Assembly (NCBI GenBank): GCA_002269645.1
Contig: NIVC01000235.1
Span: 106,516 to 170,515 of the forward strand
Direction of reading: 5' to 3'
Length of the DNA: 64,000 bases
Origin: Macrostomum lignano
Taxonomy: Eukaryota
Under the pieces are notes generated by a model that was not told the DNA's origin, searched no databases, and saw nothing but the letters and a program-made list of their open reading frames with translations. The position numbers and the translations under genes are program-made. Of the stretch, positions 58,291 through 64,000 are shown piece by piece; the stretch's first letter is position 1; every line of letters begins with the position of its first letter.

Positions 58291-60467
58291 GATTGGCTCC
58301 AATCCAAGGATACATGTTGAATAGATAGAGCTCGATGGCGGAATTCTTTGCTGAGTGACTGGCAATGCGATCTAATTGACTCTGGCTAAGTTTGTCAAGC
58401 TCAATGTAGTTATTCACTAACCTGTGAAACTGCCTGTCACTTTGCATTTCAAGTCTTCGATTCAATCTACATGCAGTTCACTGTTGTTTACAGTGCAGCC
58501 CGCCTGTTTGCATGAAAATCGGCATCTGGAGCAGGTGCATGAAAAACACAATTAAAATGTTTAAGATTGGCATTTTAAATCTCTTGCGTACGACACGTTT
58601 GAGAAATTGCTTGAGCAGGAGGAAATTGCCAGAGGCAAACTATCAGTTATTTTGGGATGCGGGTGCGCACCCGATCCAAGCACTGAGCCTGGAAGTTAAT
58701 TTTTATAATTGAAGCTAAGCTGTTTGTCCTGCAGAAAAGATTTCGCGTGTTTTTTGTCAGTTTCCGGCCAAACCAACTGCCCTACACGGAGAAGGGTCTC
58801 GATGTAGAGCTGAGCTGTTGACTAATAGTCCCAATACTGCCATAAGTACTCTCAGTCAGACATTTTGTCAAATAAACCATCATGATTTACAAACAACGGT
58901 TTATAAAACTATTTTCAGTCCGGATCTTTTTGTACATTTTTTGCTGGTTTACTATTGTGCCGGCATGCCAGTTCCTCAGGGCTTCTGCAGGAAGCATCGG
59001 GAAATTTTCCGTGATCTGAATTGGTTTTTCAAAACTTCACGCGGCTAAGGCGTGCAAGTCAACAGTGCTGTCAGCTGTGTCGGCTGGCTTTATTTTCAAA
59101 TTCGCTTACTTGCGAGTACTTCCTGTCTTCATCCGAGACTCCAGAACCTCAGCCCATTGTTCTGTTTTGATTTTCTAAGACCGGTACGCAGACAAGAAGA
59201 CTATAGAGAGATTGAGTTGGCTGCAGTGTTGTCAAGCAGCCCTGCTGCATCTAGCGTAAGGCAGCTCTCTGTCCATGGAAAGCTGAGCAACTTGGCTGCG
59301 GTGCGGGAACTGAGGTTGACCAAAGGTTGAAAAGGCCGGTCCTACTGAGCATTCAGTTTGGACAGATTTTGAGGAGTTCTTGAAAACTTGACAATTTTAT
59401 GAAAGGATGGTGGAAAGCGCCGATGCATGACATTCAAATCCCATGTCGAGCTTGTTAGGGTGAAAGTGAGAGGCATTTCTGAAACTAAAATGATTATCTA
59501 GTGAGCTGGAACACGGAGTTGCAGAACTATTGCGTGCTGAAAGGATGAGGCCGGATATGAGCTGGGGTAGAGCAGCACCAGAGCTGCATTAAGATTGATG
59601 TCTGCAGCTAATTCAGCAACGCTGGGGTGCATTAGATGATGATGAACTCTTCCTTCGAAATCGACCGCTCACAGGCTCCTGCTCGCACTCGACTCGGATC
59701 ATTCAAACTCAGCTTAGGAAATTTCGAGAGTACTCAGGTACAGGTCAATGATAGCTTTCTAAAGATTAGGTCAACAACGATATGAAAAATGAGATTGTAA
59801 GCATTGTCTACATTTAGTTATTTAGACAAGTCTAGGAGCGTAGGAACAGCTACCTACCATTGTAGTTTTGTCGTGCTTATGCCGCCCCGAGTTTCCCAAA
59901 CCGTGTATCTGAAGTATCCACTTCATTAATCTTGTGCTCCGCAGCGATGCGCTCTCTTCTCAGGTCTAATAATATAATTATTGACCAGATGACATTTCAG
60001 TGACTGATAAGCATGCAAGGTATTCCAGATGCGTTGTCTTGCCCATTCGCTTTAAGGTAGCCGCGCAGTTCAGAGGCCGCTCAGCCAATCATGGCTCGAG
60101 TCTCCATCACGAGTTTGAGTCGTGATGGATTTGTCCGTCGCTTCCCCGACCTAGCCAGTCTCTGGAACTTGCTCATCACCCGCCCGAATTACCGGCTTAT
60201 TATAAGTCCGAGTGAAGAGATTAAGACACCTGGTTTGCCTCCCAGTCTCCCAGCAGCAAACGGAGCCTTGCAGCTGAAAGTCTGACAGAACAGAGGAGTC
60301 AGTGCAGCTCGGACTCGCCTACCAAAGGTCAGTTGCAGCAACTGCGCCTACGCTGCGATTTCTCACCCACACAGCTGAACTGACTCTCAGTGCGGTTCCC
60401 GAAAGAGAGGCTCTCAACTCAATCAGTAAGGCCACTGCTCACTAGAAGGAGCTCAAGAAACACAAAC

Positions 60468-61687
60468 ATGCCGACGGCTACGCCTGCCAACGCCACTCCG
60501 GCCGGCTGGGAAGATCGGGACCACTACAAGACCTTTGCTGATGTGTCGCAGCTGGTGACGGCTCTGGCGCTGTACCCCGTTGTCTGCCTGGTGGGCGCGG
60601 CAGGCAGCTGCCTCAGCATCGCGGTGTTCAACAGGCGGCAGATGCGCAACAGCACCAATGCGTTCCTTACCGCGCTGGCCATCGCCGACCTGCTGAAGCT
60701 GCTCAACGATTTCCTTTACTTCCCCGCCACCCTGGCGGGTCGTTGCGGCGTCGGCGCCTTTGCCGCTCGAGTCTATCCGGGTGCCTACTTCATGTCGCAG
60801 TATTCGGCCGGATGCGCCGCCTGGCTAACGGTTGCCGTGGCAACCGAGCGCTGGCTGATGGTGACGCAGCCCGGCTGGAGCCGCAGCGGCCTCACGGTGC
60901 AAAAAGCCCGTCTATCGGCGGCCGCTGTGTTTCTGGCGGTGCTGGTCGCCACCGCGCCCCACCTGCTGCGCTACGAAGCTGGCTGCAATCCGAGCCGAGC
61001 GTCGGACGACTCCAGAAACGGGACCGCCGTCTCCTCAGCCCCCGCCAACTGCACGCTGGTGCCGCAGCCGAGTCAGCTGTGGCTCCGCCTCGGCTCCAAG
61101 GCCCAGCTGTACGGCCGGGTGCACAGCTGCCTGCGCTCGCTCGTCCCTCTGCTGCTGCTGGCAATCCTCAACACACACATCGCCCTGTCACTGCGGGTCA
61201 TCCGAGCCAACAGGCGGAAGCCGCCTGCGGCCAGAGGCCGGGCTACCAGATCTCTGGTAGCAGTGATCCTGTGCGCCATCGTGCTGACCGCCCCGGACTC
61301 GCTGCTGTCCGCACTGGCTGGGGCTACACCGAGGCCGGCACCAGCTTCCGGCGGGGAGTTCGCGAGATCTCCGACCTGCTGCTCACCGTCAACTCGGCGG
61401 CCAACTTTTTCCTCTACGCGGCTCTGAACAGCGCCTTCAGGCGAAACCTGGTGGCCTTCTGCGCCGTCCAGCGGCAGCGCTGGCTCCTTCACCGCCGAAC
61501 TGCTCTGGGCCAGCTGGCGCGCTCAGCGCGGGTCCTGGCGCCCCCGCAGCCGGTGCTGCAGCTGTCGGCTTTGAAGCCTCGGCGCAGGCCCGGAAAGCTT
61601 GACAACGATGTGGAAGTCAGCGACGAGGAGCGCCACAGCCTGCGAGTCGTGTCCCCGCTGGTGCACCGCGAGAACTCGCAGCTGTGA
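60468..61687 (+). CDS. Intronless class A peptide GPCR (FMRFamide-receptor-like) with a frameshift at ~61316
   Basis: TM1-6 lie in ORF 60390-61427 (N-glycosylation site NAT; GAAGSCLSIAV, STNAFLTALAIADLL, AVATERW). TM7 and the tail lie in ORF 60743-61687 (GWGYTE...ISDLLLTVNSAANFFLY...FRRNL). Adding one G at CTGG^CTGGGG joins the two frames. Confidence 0.85.
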
Positions 61688-62076
61688 CCGCCGATTCGAT
61701 GGTCGCTGATCGGAGCTTCAACTACATATTTGTCTCGTGCTTATCCTTGTCTGTGTTAAACGTACCGGTTAACGATTTTTCATTCATTTCTGCCTGTTCG
61801 CCTATCCAATCAAATTAAAATCAGCAGGCAAGCGCAGCAATTCCAAGCCGTGCCCCCCTCCCAGCCCAGATTAATTGAAAGACAGGATTAGTTCGAATTC
61901 ATAAATTTGAGATCTTTAATCCCCGTCGATCCGTCTGAAGCGAGCGGATAAAGTCACTCTTGAGTCTTCACTCTTTGAGTCCGGTTCAAATTAAAGCTAG
62001 TAGTCAATATAGTTTGAATCATATAAATATTAATTTGAGCAATCGTATACCGCGTAGCTACTGACTATTCGTGTAC

Positions 62077-62218
62077 GTGTACTCTACGGGTGCGCATGTA
62101 CTCTACGGGTGCGCGTGTACTCTATGGGTGCGCGTGTACTCTACAGGTGCGCGTGTACTTTACGGGTACGCGTGTACTCTACAGGTGTGCGTGTACTCTA
62201 CGGGTGCGCGTGTACTCT
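62077..62218. repeat. 19-bp minisatellite GTGTACTCTACGGGTGCGC, ~7 copies
   Basis: Directly visible. Confidence 0.92.
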
Positions 62219-64000
62219 TGATGTACATTGCGCTGGGTAGAACTGAATGTTATTTTATTTATGTTGCACTCTGTCTTATGATAACTGATTAATTATTTGT
62301 GCGCTACTTTTTTATCTCTAAATTTCTGATCTCTTGACTCAAATCATTGTTGTGCAATAGTGGGTTTCGTCCATTATATATTGAGTGGCATCCCGCGCAT
62401 GTCAAGAGAGTGAAGTCTGGAGTTGTCTCATTATGCAACACTCTTGACTCCCAGTTTCATAGCACGGGCCTCACGAGATAAGGAGGGGCGGAGTGCCCTT
62501 TAGCCGGCAGCCAATCACAACAGGGCATGATGGCTCGCTGGGCTTTGATGCTCGGGAGAACTTACTTAATTTCATGAGACCGAGTTAGAATCCAATTAGC
62601 GGGCAGACGAGGCGAGTATAAGAAATTTTCGATTTTCACAGCCGTGTGGCGGACAGCTCGCGGCCACAGCTATCAGAAAATATTATTTTTGAGATCGTGA
62701 AATCCCCAATTTGTGCTCAAGCAGCTGATGCCGCAAAGGCAGTCATTGAAGCCCCCGGGCTCCCGTGGGATTTTTTCTCATTTCCCGAAGCTTCACCTTC
62801 GCTATTTGCGACTTTCAATCATAAAAAGTTTTTTAACTGACCTCCGCTGCCTTAGTTTCAGTTCGGAGGGTTTAGAGTTTCTCTCAGGCTGACGGACAAG
62901 CGAGGGACATCCGCCGGATCGAATTGCAATTGAGGAATTTGGACTCAGCTTACGAGCCTGCACTTTTGCAGTGCACTGGGCTTGCATCTTTATAGCTGTT
63001 GTATTCTATTAGTTCGTGTGCTTCAGTAAATGCTTTTGAATAACTACGAGTACATTGACTTGATTGGCGTTTGAGAATATTTCGGCTGGTAGCAAAAATT
63101 ATAAAGTTCATCACCTTGTGACCATGTGAAGATCATTTACAGCCAGCATGTTTTGGGTCCGTGGTGGATTTTTCTATTAGAGTCAGGGGTTGTGTGCACC
63201 CTGGCGCACTTCAAGCGACATTGTCACACTACCGGCGAAAGGCATCGCTGCCCATTCCGCCGACTCCCCTAACCAAGCGTGGAGACGGCGCTTTGATTGA
63301 GTTGCGGGTAGCCAGGCTGCAAGTTAAAATAATTGATAGCAACTGAGATTAACAAATTACACGGGTGCGTACAAACGATATTAAAACAGCAGGGTTTATT
63401 TGGGTTGAATACTTTCATTATAAAAGTTCAGATAGGAATGCAGGTATTTTACGGTGCATAAAACTTAATCTAAGTTGTGCGCAAGTTTAAATCAGGGGAT
63501 AAGAAGGCCGTTAAAATTTCAGGTGCCCTAAAGTGTCGAAATTAACAAACGGTTACTGATATAGTTAAAAGTGCAGATTGATTTTTTTTCAGGTACTTGT
63601 AGCGATTGAGTAAAAAAAATAATAGTTACTGGGCTCAAACACCGAGTAATGAGCGATGCGAGCTGTTTGTCACAGATTTCAGCTCCATCCGTGTGCCAAC
63701 CTGTTAGCACACGGCTCCAGTTCGCAATGACGAGAGTGACAGCAAAGGTTGAATTTGACATTGTTAATAAAGTTCGTTCACCAAATTTGGATCAAAATCG
63801 TCACTCTCAGAAATACGCGCCGTGATTTCCGGCCACCGTCTTCAGCAGATCGCAGTGGCTCGTCCTCGAGCGCGGTGCTGTAGGCCACCTCCATCCACCT
63901 GGCCTGCTCTCTCGCACTCCGGCTCCAGGAATGCTGACAAGTGTGGGGGGTTGATTGACAGGTTTTGATTGGTTGCTTTTGAATCAGGCCATGCTTGCTT

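Overview
This is animal (eukaryotic) genomic DNA, not prokaryotic. It has GT-AG introns, CAG/GGC-rich coding exons and a very high load of mini- and microsatellites. The overall style resembles a free-living flatworm such as Macrostomum, which is an inference I cannot confirm here. Seven genes can be supported: (1) the 5' exons of a PDZ protein of the PDLIM/Zasp type on the minus strand, probably running off the left edge; (2) a ~22 kb PCTAIRE-type CDK (CDK16/17/18 family) with two candidate alternative first exons; (3) a two-exon DUF1868-like 2H phosphoesterase; (4) an intronless vWA protein, head-to-head with gene 3, whose C-terminus resembles a degenerate ET-type GIY-YIG domain; (5) an intronless, divergent Polo-like kinase; (6) an RWDD3/RSUME-like gene with no in-frame ATG, possibly started by a spliced-leader AUG; (7) a rhodopsin-class peptide GPCR with a 1-nt frameshift. 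Mobile elements are an intron-containing Crypton-like tyrosine recombinase relic, a decayed mariner, a 692-bp MITE with an 8-bp target-site duplication, a tRNA-derived SINE, a foldback-like remnant and a possible Helitron helicase fragment. About 20 tandem arrays account for nearly all of the very long ORFs in the track. All family assignments come from motif recognition by eye; no database searches were run.
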